Notes under the pieces: model-generated | What the model was told of the DNA's origin: nothing | The model's database searches: none | Seen by the model: the letters and a program-made list of their open reading frames with translations, nothing else | Program-made: the position numbers and the translations under genes | NCBI GenBank assembly: GCA_951406725.2 | Contig: OX597825.1 | Span: 21,948,001 to 22,012,000, forward strand | Direction of reading: 5' to 3' | From: Octopus vulgaris | Taxonomy: Eukaryota | DNA: 64,000 nt | Part shown: one piece after another, positions 1 through 14,801 of the stretch | Numbering within the stretch: position 1 is the first letter of the stretch | Layout: every line of letters begins with the position of its first letter

Positions 1-113
1 GCTGGCAGGATTTCGTAGCCACGTTAAATTACTAGTGTTTCTATTGTAGACCCAGGCAGACCAATGTCTTTATATGGTCATGGTAGACGGGAGCTGCATG
101 TTTCTATCCATCC

Positions 114-191
<78 letters not shown>

Positions 192-220
192 ATATATCTG
201 TCTGTCTGTCTATCTATATA

Positions 221-280
<60 letters not shown>

Positions 281-441
281 CCTATCTATCTAACCCGCTG
301 ACGATCTCTCCCCCTCTCTCTATATATATACATATACACACACACACATATATATCAACCATATCTTTCTCTCGATCACTCTCTATCTATCAATCTGTGT
401 AGCTCTCTCTATCACTCTCTCGCGCTTTCTCTGCACATACC

Positions 442-486
<45 letters not shown>

Positions 487-500
487 TTTATTTAAAAGCA

Positions 501-549
<49 letters not shown>

Positions 550-797
550 CGTACACACACAAACACATATATGTCTGTCTCTATATGTATGTGTGTGTTT
601 GCCGCCCCACGGTTTAAAAGAAGGTGCTAGTTTGTTTATAACCTCACAATTTAGCGGTGCGGCGAAAATAATCGATATGGTATATACCAGATTGAAAAAT
701 TTCAAATCGTGGGGGCGATTTGTACGACTGAACCATTCAATAAGGTGTCACAGCAGGGCCGCGGCCGAATGATTGAAAAAAGTAAAAGAATAAGAGC
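1..797 (+). mobile_element. Degenerate SINE family A copy with greatly expanded internal microsatellite
   Basis: 1-100 resembles the family A 5' half (gacccaggcagacc...tggtagacggga). 590-797 resembles its 3' half (tttagcggtgcggcgaaa...cagcagggccgcggccgaatgattgaaa). Compared by eye with the copy at 42573-43015; (ATCT)n/(TA)n lies between the halves. Confidence 0.55.
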
Positions 798-874
798 TTT
801 TCATTAAAAGATATGAGTTACTTTCAATTTTTCAATGATATTCTACATACATACTGTAAACAGATAAGATCACA

Positions 875-934
<60 letters not shown>

Positions 935-1361
935 TGTATATAATTATGTAGGAGTGAGATTCAGCGTGAGAGGAGTTTCTTGAACCGCTATTGGTTCTTT
1001 GTTAATCCTGAATCAGCCTCTTGATAATGGAGAAGCAAGCTATATGTGAGAATTACTATGAAATCAAGATCTATTTCGGTATGTGAACCCCATTATTCGA
1101 TTCCAGATTGCTATTCCACTCATTGAAACATCGTGTATAGCTGTAAATTGGTATCACGATGCCTGGAGTTATATGTAGGAACGGAATGTAAAGAGAACGT
1201 ACTAACAAGAAGAAACGAAAGAATGAAAACGTTAGAGAAGAAACCTTAAACAGGCCTAGATAAACAATGATGTACAATAATTTAGGTGTATAGAAATATT
1301 ATTATATCTAAGTCTCTCTTAAGGAGACTACAGCAGCGGTACTGGGTATTAATATTTCATT

Positions 1362-1635
1362 GCCAAGCTAATATAGCAGTCCATAAATATAGGACGAAAG
1401 CTGCCGTTGATTAGCTCCAAGAGGCCATCGCCGCTAGCTAGTTATATGATACACGAAGCCGTGAAACCTGTCTGTAGATGTCTGACCAGCAAGGGAAAGC
1501 GGCTGACTTCCCCTATTCGAAGGTTATAATGGACACAGGTTCGTGTGTCAAATAGCTAGCTAGAGGCGATGACCTCTTGGTGCTAATCAACGGCAGCTTT
1601 CGTCCTATATTTATGGACTGCCATATTAGCTTGGC
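1362..1635. mobile_element. MITE-like foldback element with ~100 bp inverted arms
   Basis: 1362-1463 (gccaagctaatatagcagtccataaatataggacgaaagctgccgttgattagc...) is the reverse complement of 1534-1635 with a few mismatches; ~70 bp spacer. Confidence 0.75.
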
Positions 1636-1840
1636 GTTAACTACAAATTTAGGTATATATTTTCCATCTTACTGGAGTAAAAATGCAGCTAAGTGGTTTC
1701 TTCTTCCCAAATACAAAATCAAATCGGTCTTATTTGCAGTAACATACGCCCATTTCTTGTTATAGATGAATTCCTTTTCCTCCGTTGCTTCGGAGTGAAA
1801 CTATTCATCCATGTTTTCTATTTAGAAATATATTAATTCA

Positions 1841-2280
1841 GGCGCTGGTGTAGCTGCGTTAAGAGGTGCTTTCTTGCCGAGTACATGGTTCCGGGATATC
1901 ACTCACTGCGTCTTGGGGAAGTGCCTTCTACTATAGCCCCGGGTTGACCGAAGCCTTACGAAAGTGAAAGTGAAAGTAAAAGAATCACGCCGAATGCACA
2001 CATACGCTCGCGCGCGCACACGCGTACGGGCACATTTTTACATACACGTGTCTGTATGTGTGTGTGTGTGTGTCTTTGCACTTGTCCCCAACCACCTCTT
2101 GATCACCGGTGCTGATATGTTTCCATCTCTTTAAATTACCAGTTCGGTAAACAGACCGTTGGAAGATGTACCAGGCTTAAAATATTAAAGCACTGCTTAC
2201 ACAACCCATTCCACTAAAATTCTTCGATGCAGTGCCCCAGCATGGCCACAGTCTAATGACTGAATCAAATAATGCTAAAA
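1841..2280 (+). mobile_element. SINE family A, diverged
   Basis: Colinear with 42573-43015: catggttccggg, ctactatagccccgggttgaccgaagcc, internal (TG)n, ccagcatggccacagtctaatgactgaa. Confidence 0.7.
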
Positions 2281-3714
2281 GCAGTATGCTCAATTGCGTC
2301 TGGTAGATAGAAAGAATTAATCTTAAATTAGAAGTCGAAGACCCATAGTAACTCAGTCCCATCGTCGCTGAGGAGACCAAACCAGGTTGAAACACTAATT
2401 TTGGCGATCCAACGTCATCCTGAGCAGCGCCATGCTTTCTTTACGAAAAGAGAAAATATTAGATTTAGCGCCGTTCTAAGTTTGTACCATCAGGCAGGTG
2501 TCATCCCTGTGTCCTGTGGTCGGTTTGTGAAGACTCTCTCGTTCCACTCCTGGCTGCTTCTAGTTGGATCATGATTAGCATTTGTTTTTAGATATGTGGT
2601 GCGGGCCCCAATCGCTCTGACTCACTTTGTCTTTCGGTATGTCACATTCCTGACTGTCACATCTTCAACTCCACTGTCTTGCTTCTTCTGCACTCTCCAC
2701 CGTCATGAGTTGCCTATACTTTTGGAATAGAAATCATCGCGCTCAGGCGGGGCCAATAAGTTCGATTACGTAGTTTAGCTGGTCAGTCGAACTCAGGGAG
2801 CAGGATGTAGTCACTCCCATATTCTACAGCATCCGTGGAGGCATAACTGAGCTAGATGCAGAAGTAGAAGTTCAGATAGGATTCTTTCCAACTCCTGAGG
2901 GGAGGCGCTTATGACTCACCCTGATGCACTAACCCTTCTCCTGCATCGTACTTCCTAAACCATACTGTAAAGTTTAAATTATTGACATACGTAAATGACA
3001 CTGCGTCCCAAGGGTATCTGATCAATGACATACACCAAAGCCACCACACTGGCGCCACAGTCGTATGATATATACATTATAAATGAGGAACAGAAACCAT
3101 AAGCAGTGATGTGTAAAATGCAAAAAAAGTTGCCAGTCCAAATATACTTCAGGCATATTTGACTCCGTAAAAAACGCTATTCACTCTATTTTGTCATGTA
3201 TGCATATATATATAGAAATCAATTAACAATTACTGTTGTATAACATGTTTAATTTTGACTTTGTTTTGTCGATGCACGCTTTCTGAAAGTCATGTTTCTG
3301 CACAATGGCTAAAATTTCTTATGTTTTCGTTGATAAAACTGACTTTACATTCAAGATCCCGATATCAAAATTATATGAAACATTATTCCCTCTGATGCCG
3401 TTTCTATTTCTAAGCAAATATTCTTCGCATTTTCATTAAATTGGTTTTTGTTCTCGAAACAGGAACATATGCACTTAAAATATAATGCATGCATTAATTA
3501 AATAAACAATACTTATGTGTCGCAAATTTAATTTATTTAGATTTTTCTTATATCTTTTATTTGAAATCATTTACTAGTTTCACTCACTCACACACACTCA
3601 CACGCACACACACACATACACACACACTCGTAGATGGATATTTACCCAATTTTCTACGCTGTTTTCACTGCTACCACGCGTTGGAAATTTACTTTTCTGT
3701 AATACATATATATA

Positions 3715-3979
3715 GTGGAGGTGCGTGGCTTAGTGGTTAGGGTGTCAGCATCATGATCATAAGATTGTGGTTTCGATTCCCGGACCGGGTGACGTGATGT
3801 GTTCTTGAGCAAAACACTTCATTTCTCGTTGCTCCAGTCTACTCAGCTGGCAAAAATGAGTAACGCTGCGACGGACTGGGGTCCCGTCCAGCTGGGTAAC
3901 ACATACGCCACAGAAACCGGGAAACCGAGCCCATGAGCCTGGCTAGGCTTTAAAAGGGCGCATTTATTATTATTTATAG
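3715..3979 (+). mobile_element. tRNA-derived SINE family B (CORE-like central domain), full length
   Basis: A box tggcttagtgg and B box ggtttcgattcc. CORE-like segment gtgttcttgagcaaaacacttcattt...aaaaatgagta. Flanked by a 12-bp direct repeat tacatatatata (3703-3714, 3980-3991), which is low-complexity. Confidence 0.85.
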
Positions 3980-4382
3980 TACATATATATATACTTCTAG
4001 CTCCAGCGTCGTTTTCGCTGACCAAATTCATTTGCATTAGTAGAAAATACTTGTACCGCGCTGTTAGACTGCAAAGCGAACTTCGGAACCTTACATTCCT
4101 ACTTGTGCCTACGTAGACATGGCCTGGACCAAATATTTGGTCGAAACATATCTAAGTTTTATCTAAGTTTTACGTAAATACATCGTTACATTAAATTGTT
4201 TATCGAGACTGAAAGTTTCAACAGATCCTCCTACATGCGAATGGCAAAATTACGCGGACATCAAGTTCGCTTCCCAAATATGTGGTTTCGGCTTCAATTA
4301 TTCCCTATGACAAAAGCAGGTACATCATGCAATGACTTCCATCAACATAACATCTTCAGGCACTGGTTAGTTTAATCTGTAA

Positions 4383-4560
4383 GGGTTCGTGGCCTAGTGG
4401 GTAGAATGTTGTTCTCATTAACTTTCGATCACTGTTTCGATTCTCGGAACTGTCAGTGCATTGTTTTCTTGAGCAAATCATTCCATCACATGTTGTCCCT
4501 CCAATCCGTTCAGCATTAAATGCGTAATTCTGAGACGGACGGACCACCCTATTCTGGGGT
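4383..4560 (+). mobile_element. SINE family B, degenerate
   Basis: gtggcctagtggg, tttcgattctcgga and ttcttgagcaaa occur in the same order as in 3715-3979. Confidence 0.55.
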
Positions 4561-4711
4561 GTATTATTATGTCGGTCTCTTATACGCCACGAAATGACCG
4601 TTCGTATGTCTCCTACGACTCAAAACAAAATCTAATTACAATATTCAATGACTGTATGTTAAGCGCCATTATCCGGTGGACCTTGTCTGAATATTATTCT
4701 ACATCGTGCGA

Positions 4712-4930
4712 TGGCGGGGAGTTGGCAGAATCGTTAGCGTGCCGGACGTGATACTTCGCGGTCTTGGTCCGGGTTTACGTTCTGAATTCCAGCCCCGCTG
4801 AGGTCGACTTTGCCTTTGATCCTTTCGGGGTCGGACGAAATAAGTATCAGTTGAGTACTGTGGTCGATATAATCAACTCAGTCCCTCACCACACACATTT
4901 CAGGCTTTGTGACTATATTAGAACGTATTA
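4712..4930 (+). mobile_element. SINE family C
   Basis: Head tggcagaatcgttagc and central gaggtcgactttgcctttgatcctttcggggtcg; recurs many times in the window. Confidence 0.75.
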
Positions 4931-5459
4931 TTCTATATCGTCTGCTCTGACGACTATTTAGCTACTGTTTCGAGTTGGCTAAATAGCATCATCGAAGCTT
5001 GGTTATTAGTTGGATAAGATAGCTGATAGCGTAAGACGAAAAAAAATTAAAGAAAACAAATTTTCTTCGAGTGGGAACCGAAATAATCTTGTTGAGCTGT
5101 ATCTTTTGCCGGCCATGAATCCTATTTTACGCAATTTCTCTCGCTGTCAATGGTGAATGATTTTGTCTAGACACAAATGCTCTGCAGTTGATGGTATTGA
5201 GGACGGGTAATTATTACACATTAACGGTTAAAGTGAACTGAATATACTATAACTAGGAATAAAATGAAGCTCATAAACGCGAATTTGCAAAAGCCCGTCT
5301 CCCTTTCTCAGTCTGTCTCCTCACTCCTCCCCTCTTTCTCTTTCTCTCTCTCTCTCTCTCTGTCAATCTACCAATTACCATACGCTAGATATTCTGCACA
5401 AATAGTGATTCAGCTAAAATCAATATCCTCAAAATGACTTCAATGTGGAATATTAGAAT

Positions 5460-5653
5460 ATGTATATACACACATATATACATACGTACGTATACACATA
5501 TATATCGGATATATATATATATCGATATATATATATATATCGATATATATATATATATGTGTGTGAGTGTGTGTATACATTGTATATGTATATATATACA
5601 CTAATTTATGTCTTTCTCTCCATATGTTTCTATATATATATATATATATGGAC

Positions 5654-5707
<54 letters not shown>

Positions 5708-5708
5708 G

Positions 5709-5741
<33 letters not shown>

Positions 5742-5791
5742 GGATAGAAAGATATACATACATACATACACACACACACGCGCGCGCACAG

Positions 5792-5835
<44 letters not shown>

Positions 5836-5842
5836 GTGTGTA
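5460..5842. repeat. Compound microsatellite (TA)n/(ATAG)n/(CA)n
   Basis: Directly visible. Confidence 0.95.
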
Positions 5843-6964
5843 TACTTGCTTCAGTCATTCCTTTATATGTCTGTGTATTTACTTAGTTTTATGTAGGGAA
5901 ATTATTAAAAATATGGAAAGTAAAATAAAGTGGACAAAGAAAATTGAATAATATTCTATTGATGTTGTTATTTTTCCAACGGCCAAATATTGAGCTATTG
6001 TGAGACATACGTACAGTGTGTGTGTGTGTGTGTGTGTGTGCATAGCATAAATGTACTAACATAATTCCAGCATGTGGGTATGTTTTTGTGCGTATGTGTA
6101 CGCGTGCATATACATTAGCGTGGAGAGGACGATCTTAACAAAACATAGAAAGAGGGAGTGATGTAAAGTGGTAGAAGATATGAGAACTAAGTAGATAATA
6201 AGGTCGTCAAAACGAAAATGTTATAAATGTGTCTTGAGTGATAGGAAAGTGTAAAACGGAGGAAAAAAAAAAGATTAAAAAAATAGATCGATAGTTAGGC
6301 CGATCGATAAATAGATAACTGAATAGAATGAAATTGAGATGTAGCAATAAAGAAAAAAAAGACCTAAAACAGGCTTTGGGAGAGAAAGAAAAAGTCAAAT
6401 GCCTTTTGTAATAAGTGAATAACTGTTTACAGTAGAACGGAACATATGGTTATTGGAAGTCGTTTCTCGAAAAGAACGCATTAATGGTTAAAACATTTGT
6501 TTGATTTTGGTTTCTGCTATTGTTACTGTTGTTGTTGTCGTTGTTGAGGCTGTTGTTGCTGATGTTATCATTATCTTGTTGCTATCATTGATATCTTGTT
6601 CATATTGTTAGATTTGTCGATACGTTTGTTTGTTTATATTTTTTCAACGCCTTTGCGTTTATTATTCATTTTCAGTAATGAGAATGTTAAAATACCAGCA
6701 GTGGTTTCCAGCTGTCGTTGATCTCCGGACAAAAAACGGTTTCCATTATTTAGTTTAATAACTCAACTCTCCTATATTCTGTCTCAACTTGTCATGTGAC
6801 CCAGACATGCAGTTCATTAGTCTCCATTAATTATAACCCTGAGCTGCATAATAATAATAATATATGACTTCTTGGTAATTTACAAAAGTATGTATTTAGT
6901 TAATTAATCTCGAATATAAACATTCTGTAAGGTGTTACATCCTGCAAAATTTGCACTTATTTAC

Positions 6965-7087
6965 AGCCAGGTAGACAAATTGATATGAAGCAAATTGCTC
7001 AAGAACAAACTACACTGATCAGACCAAGAATTCAACCTACGCGCTTTGGGTCATAACTCTAATGCCTTAACCACTAGGCTTTGCACT
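6965..7087 (-). mobile_element. SINE family B fragment
   Basis: ttgctcaagaaca and taaccactaggc are reverse complements of the family B CORE-like and A-box segments. Confidence 0.5.
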
Positions 7088-7424
7088 TTAATAAATATAA
7101 CTGGAATACAGGTTGAAATAAAATATTTTAGGAATGGATTACTTCAATGAACAAAAAATAAATATTGGGCAATTTTGGTAAAATTTCAAGTATTTTCGTA
7201 ACGCTTTACGTAGTTTTTTGATAGAATTTCAAACAAAACATCGTTGTCTTTTAATTACCTAAGTGGGAATAGCCAAATGCCAATGCTAAACATGAGCTTA
7301 TATAGTTTCTACATGGTACTGCAAGCAATGTCGTATAATTTCACGCTAGTCGAATTTCGGCTTAACGATGTATTAATTGATACGGTTTTTTTTCTTAAGT
7401 TTTTGCTAATAATATAAATATGTA

Positions 7425-7610
7425 TGACGCTGGGCGAAATGCTTGGCGGCATTTCGTCCATCTTTACATTCTGAGTCCAAATACCACCGAGGTCGTCTCT
7501 GTCCTTCATCATTTCGAAGTCGATAGATACCAGTTAAATACTGAAGTCGACGTAATCGACTTATCCCCTCCTCCGAAATTGCTGGCTTTGTGCCGTAATT
7601 AGAAACCAAA
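7425..7610 (+). mobile_element. SINE family C, 5'-truncated
   Basis: gggcgaaatgcttggcggcatttcgtc...ccgaggtcg matches the other family C copies. Confidence 0.7.
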
Positions 7611-8714
7611 TATATGTAGATATTATTTTTCAAATGCGACAAAGATTAGCAATACCAATAATGGTACACCTTCTGGTCTGAAATCTGCAAGACACGCACC
7701 ACCAGTGCTTCTGCCTCCGCTTTTGTAGAATAAAATCATCCGTGGGAAAAGTCTGGCTGCATACACGTTAGCATATGTCAGGTGCATACAATTGACAACA
7801 CAGTTAATTAAGATTTATTCAGTGAGTTCTATTCAACACATGTTTACACGTGGAATTAGTAGAATCATTAGTAAATTTAAATGGCTCGCAGGCGAGGCGA
7901 ACAAATTAGCGAGAGAGATAGACTGGCAATATTTGCAGTCTTGGGAAGAGCTATCAGAGCGGAAAATTCGAGGATGTATTCAACATCAAACTCGTGTTGA
8001 GCGTCAAATAGTTCACTGTCGTGGTGGTAACAGATTCGTGTAATAAATTTTGTGTTTATTTTTGATTCGTAATATATATTGTTTTCGGATGCAGCCAGAC
8101 TTTTCACACAATTTATCACATCACTACATAATTTCGAGAAGCTGCTGGGTGGTTATGAAATCCATTACACAAATATTTTGTTTCGGTATTGATCTCAATG
8201 AGGAGCGTCGCGAACAAGTGTCTTTTAATATGTCTTGTGTTCGCCCATAAGGAATTTCGTAGACGTAAATATATACGGAAACTGAAAAAAAGGTAACTTT
8301 TTTTTCTTTTCTTGCTTTCACATCACTATCTGACCAAGGTCTCGTAACGGCTTGAAATAGATCGATGAATTATGCGAGGTTTTAGCAAATATGACAAGCA
8401 AGCATGGCTGTACTCGATCTGAAGTTAAATATATTAATTTCTCCTTCAATTAGACAGACGAATTGGAGTCCTCGTCTCAATCTGTTGCTGGTGAAAATGT
8501 CAAAGTTGTTGTTCTCCTTTTATCTCAGCAATGAAATTCATAGCGATTTTAGCTGCATGTCTAAAGAGTTAGGAATCTTGGATGAGTTGGTGCAAGGGTG
8601 TTTGGCGCTGCTAATATTTTTGCAGAAGAATAAAGGTTCGGATCTTTAGTTCTTTGGTCCCCACTGTCTTACTCTATAACCCTAAGACGTGCACAGATTC
8701 CGGAACGCTTAGTA

Positions 8715-9100
8715 ACCAATTGGCTCCCCTAATGCCGGGCGCTTCGTTGGATTAGGGTTACAATTGGTCGGATTTTGTATCCAACCAACAACTCTATTCA
8801 GAAACGTCGATGCGTCCTGTTAGTTGCATAATTCAGGGTAGCCAGCTCAGTCTGTTTGGATTTTCCGAGTTAGTCCCTACTGATCATTTTCTATCCTCTG
8901 AGGATCCGGCTGGTTTGATGGTTGGTGTGGGTCGACCACGTTCTGAATGGTCACGACAAAGGAGGAGGTATTTCACGGAGATGAGGATTGGCAGGGTCTG
9001 TGTTCGACGGACGGCAAAGGGGGTCCCAGGAATATACTGACTCGGGAATAGTGAATGCAGTGACACGCTGCAACGGCGTATGCCCTACGCCTGATTGCCC
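8715..9100 (+). mobile_element. RTE-like LINE 3' end fragment
   Basis: Translation with frameshifts gives YNWSDFVSNQQLYSETSMRPVSCIIQGSQLSLFG...GRPRSEW. This matches the SN...QL(R)xFG(H)...GRP..W pattern of the post-RT region of RTE-type ORFs. Confidence 0.7.
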
Positions 9101-10302
9101 TCAGTCACAGTGTTCTTGAAGATGGTCAAGGTCTTTCACCATTCTCTTTTGACTGTGCTGTACAAAATACGTTTATGGAAGATATATAAAGATTGAACAT
9201 ATTAATCTCCTTAATTTCCCAATATTGTTTATATTTTACAGAGTTCAATATTTCTGTCACTATTCCCATTGTCGATAAACACATTGATCACGCTGCTTTT
9301 TAAACAGGAGTTAACATTTGATATAAATATATTTGAATTTAGAAGCAAATATTTATTTTGAAAACCGATTTTGCCGACTTAAACCGTTCTAATGTATTTG
9401 TAAAAGCATACATAAAAAAATATATAATTTGCTGTGCTGTATTTTTATGCTCTCAATCTTGATTAAATCAATTATAACAATATTTGATTTTCTTCGTCTA
9501 GGTCAAAAACATAGTAATTTTAGAAGACAAAGAGTAGGAGATTGAGAACTTAGCCTGGTTAACACTAAGGGTAAAACCACTGAAGTATGAATAGAAACAT
9601 GGATTTTAGCAGAAATACGAAATGACTTAAAGTGCTGGATGCCCAGTAAATTATATTGTTCTCGATGGGAGTCAGCAATTACCTTTCAGTTATTACTTTC
9701 TTTTGAATTGTCAAACAAGTAATTTAGAGAAGAATTCAATATGTAGATTGAGATGTTTGCAAGGGTTTAAGCTACGTAAACGAAATGAAATTACGTCAAA
9801 CGAAAATGGGAAAATGATTATTCAACCCACCATGTAGATAAAGCCTTTTTATTTTATTCTTCTAATTTATGGTGCACGTCGAGCATAATAATTATATAGA
9901 ATAACTGTTACCATGGCTGAGTTATGCAGATAGATAGATAGATAATGGTAATTGTGGTGCCAGATTCATTGGATATTTTACGTCTTTAGAGGATTCTAGA
10001 ATCTGAAGCAGGTGCTTTTGTAAAATATGATTCTCAAGATTCGCTTTGTAGACATTCTGAAAGTTGTTATGATCACCAAGATAATTAATTTAAGGATGGA
10101 GAAATATTATATTTTGACAGCTTTGCTTTTGGGATTCTATAGAAGCAAACTAACATGTACAAATATTAGTTTTCCCAACTTACGTTTCAGGAAAAAATAA
10201 TGATCAAGCCCGCAATAACTTGACACGTTGATTGGATCGGTAGCGGGAAAATAGACAGTACAATTTAAATAAATGTTTTCGTTATAGGATTAAATTTATT
10301 GT

Positions 10303-10872
10303 TTTCTACTCTAGGCACAAGGCCCGATATTTTTTGGCCAGTCGATTAGATCGACTCCAGTGCGTAACTGGTACTTAATTTATCGACTCCGAAAGAATGA
10401 AATGCAAAGTTGACCACGGCCGAATTTGAACTCAAAATGTAATGGCAGACGAAATAACGCTAAGCGTCTCACCCAGCCTGCTAAAGTTTCTTGTTTATTT
10501 TCTACACACGGGGGGCTAAAATTAGAAGGGACAAACAAGGACAGACAAAGGTATTAAGTCGTTTACATCGACGCCAGTGCGTAACTGGTAATTAATTTAT
10601 TGACCCCGAAAGCATGAAAGGGAAATTCGAAATCGGCAGAATTTGAACTCAGAAAGTAGCAGCAGACGACATACCTATTTTTTTACTGCCCACAAGGGGC
10701 TATACACAGAGGGGACAAACAAGGACAGACAAACGGATTAAGTTGATTATATCGACCCCAGTGCGTAACTGGTACTTATTTTATCGACCCCGAAAGGATG
10801 AAAGGCAAAGTCGACATCGGCGGTATTTGAACTCAGAACGTAGCGGCAGACGAAATACAGCTAAGCATTTCA
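10303..10872 (-). mobile_element. Three head-to-tail SINE family C copies
   Basis: cagtgcgtaactggta...gaaa...aaag...atttgaactca repeats at ~10303-10490, 10497-10672 and 10677-10872; heads are truncated. Confidence 0.8.
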
Positions 10873-10924
10873 CATTTTTGTAATTCCCACAAGGGAACAA
10901 CAAAGAGGGGGCATTACAATCTGA

Positions 10925-11190
10925 TATGGGGTCAGAGTTCACGTATGAGTTAACAAAAGGATGAATTTAGAAATATTACATAAATATGAATAGTTCGAAT
11001 GATAACATATACAAGACAAAAATACCGACTACCACTTTTTAAGCACTTTGATGGTTTCCTGCGAGAGAAGGAGTTCAAAACTCAAACCGATGCTGAACGT
11101 GCATTCAAAAAGTTCATCAGCTCCAGAACTCCAGATTTTTATGTTACCAGAATAAACAAACATTTAACTCTTTGGCAAAATTGTGTTGCT
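10925..11190 (+). mobile_element. Internally deleted mariner (cecropia/Hsmar1-like C-terminus)
   Basis: 11023-11190 translates, with one frameshift, as TDYHFFKHFDGFLREKEFKTQTDAERAFKKFISSRTPDFYVTRINKHLTLWQNCV, resembling the Hsmar1/SETMAR transposase C-terminus. Possible 5' TIR tatggggtcagag at 10925. Confidence 0.7.
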
Positions 11191-12325
11191 ATGACAGCAG
11201 GTTGTAATTATACCTTGTTCTTATTGTCAGTGCAAGTTTTGAAGAGTGTAGTTCAATTTTAACAGTTATTTGTCAAAGATAGAATAGAAATGAGAAAAGA
11301 GCATATTCGGTATATTTTTGTGAGTTCAATAAAGGCAAAAAATCAATGTAAGGTACGAGGAGTATTAAAGCAGTATATGGGAATCAGACAATAAGCGTAA
11401 GCCAGTGTCAAAGGTGGTTCCAGAAATTTCGAGCCGAAAGTTACAGCCAAGGCGACGAGGCTCGTCCTGGAAGATATGTTGAGCTCCACAAGGTAGTCTG
11501 TAAAACTCTGGTGGGAGAAAATTCCATCGTAACTGCTGAGGAACTAGCAGAGAAGCTTGGAATTAGCCATTCATTGACACTTGCGTGCCATCGACACTTC
11601 AGCAAACTGTGTCAATGGGTTTTTCACAAACTTTCCTAGTCTAATCGCACGCAGAGAGTTAACCCTTTTTGGACAGAATAGTGAGTGGTGACGAGAAATG
11701 GGTTCTCTATAAAAATGTCTTCAAGCGCCCAAGGCAGCGGGTAGGGAAAGGAGAAACACGTCACCCCTGGCTAAAGAAGGTCCCCACCTATGTAGGTTGC
11801 TGTTATCTGTTTGGTGGGATATAAAATGTACAGTCCAATTTGAACTTTTAAAACCAAACCAGACGATAACAAATGGGACCTATTGCGAGCAGCTTCAGCA
11901 GCTTAAAAACGACCATTTTCGATTCAAGACGAAACGTGTTCTTCCATCAGGATAATGCTCGACAAAATACAGCGAGGATGACATTCGAAAGGCTGAAGCA
12001 GTTTGAATAGGTAACAATGCCTCATCCACCATATTCGTCGGGCTTTGCCCCATCTGGTTATCATTTATTCCGTAGTCTTCAAAATCATTTGGACGGAAAT
12101 AACACTAATTCTGTTGACGAGGTCCGAACAGTACTAGAGGAGTATTTTTCGTCACGGAGAAGTGAATCTTGGAAGAGGGGCCTTGCAATTCTACAAGATA
12201 GATGGAAGAGCATTGTAGAAAATGAAGGAGAGTATATCTTAGATTAAAAAAGAATTTCGTTTATTTTAATTTTGAAAAATAAAAAAAATATAGAAAAAGA
12301 GCATTATTTACTGGATGACCCAATA
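11191..12325 (+). mobile_element. Mariner transposon with decayed transposase (~11290-12247)
   Basis: Motifs QWVFHKL (WVPHEL), IVSGDEKWVLY, HQDNAR and HPPYSSGFAPSGYHLFRSLQN (YSPDLAPSD), with frameshifts and stops. The 3' TIR ends ...ggatgacccaa-TA at 12325; no matching 5' TIR was seen. Confidence 0.9.
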
Positions 12326-12759
12326 CATTTATTTATTCTATACAATTATATAATTACTTACTTGTGTATATATTTCTTTTTATAAATGTTTTGTTACAAC
12401 TACGAATCACGTTTCCATATTTAGTTTTATTGTAATGTCTAAAAATTTGAATTATAACGATTTTAAATACAGAAAAAAGACCACACATGAAAGGAGCGTT
12501 CGATTACATCGACTCACAATGACTTTATAGGCCACGAATGAAACTCGAAGCCTCGCACTGTGTAATATGAACTCGGCAAAAGAATCAGTTTCCTCGTTTA
12601 TATTTCCTTTGCAAGGCCGTTACGGAAGACAATACATTTTGAATACAATCCACAGCGCAATAACAGACTAGAGGAGAATCTCGATTGAAATTAACTCCGA
12701 ATATGTTAGTGGAAACCTGATCAGGGATTGCGTCATAAGACGTCAAATGTTCGTAGTAA

Positions 12760-13850
<1,091 letters not shown>

Positions 13851-14257
13851 CACCACCACCACCACCATCGTCATCATTAGATTAGTAGGAAATGCAAGCA
13901 TAATAGTAATATTGTCTGATAATAGTGATATTATAATCCGCAATTTTTATCATCATTAATATTAGTTATTGATACTCATTTCTTAGTTGTAATTAATTTA
14001 ATATTAATGAAGCTGCAATGAAGCGTGCCTGCAGCTAATGTTAATATTATAGCAATCATTCATTAAGATATGTCATGAAAAATATATGAAACCTTAAACA
14101 AAAATAGCAAAATAAATCTATTTTTGGAGGATTTCATTTACTCTGAGTTAGCAACCACGTATCATTTATTTGAATAACATACAAAGACAGTGGTAGAAAG
14201 ACATGAATCTTAAAAGAAAACACGAGAGAATAAACTACAATAATATTAACGGTATGT

Positions 14258-14389
14258 AGGCGCAAGGAGTGGCTGTGTGGTAAGTAGCTTGCTTACCAAC
14301 CACATGGTTCCGGGTTCAGTCCCAGTCTCAGGCCGACCAAAGCTTCGTGAGTGGATTTTGTAGACGGAAACTGAAATAAGCCCGTAGTA

Positions 14390-14420
<31 letters not shown>

Positions 14421-14508
14421 GTATGTGTGTGTATATGTTCGTGTGTCTGTGTTTGTCCACTCAACATCGCTTGACAGCCGATGCTCGTGAGTTTACGTCC
14501 CCGTAACA
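14258..14508 (+). mobile_element. SINE family A, 3'-truncated
   Basis: A box tggctgtgtgg, B box ggttcagtcc, gtagacggaaactgaaa, internal (TA)n. Confidence 0.8.
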
Positions 14509-14756
14509 TTTCTAGTCTCCCTGTCCGTTCTGCAACACATTTAACGTTAGACTACGCTACCTGTGCCCTACATTAGAAGTGACACTTTGTCAAAAACACA
14601 TACATAATACACACATATATATATATATGTGTATGCATGTATGTATATATACATATATATATATATTCATATATGTATGTATACATATATATATGAATAT
14701 ATATATATATATTCATATATGTGTGTATATATATATATATTCATATATGTATATAC

Positions 14757-14801
<45 letters not shown>

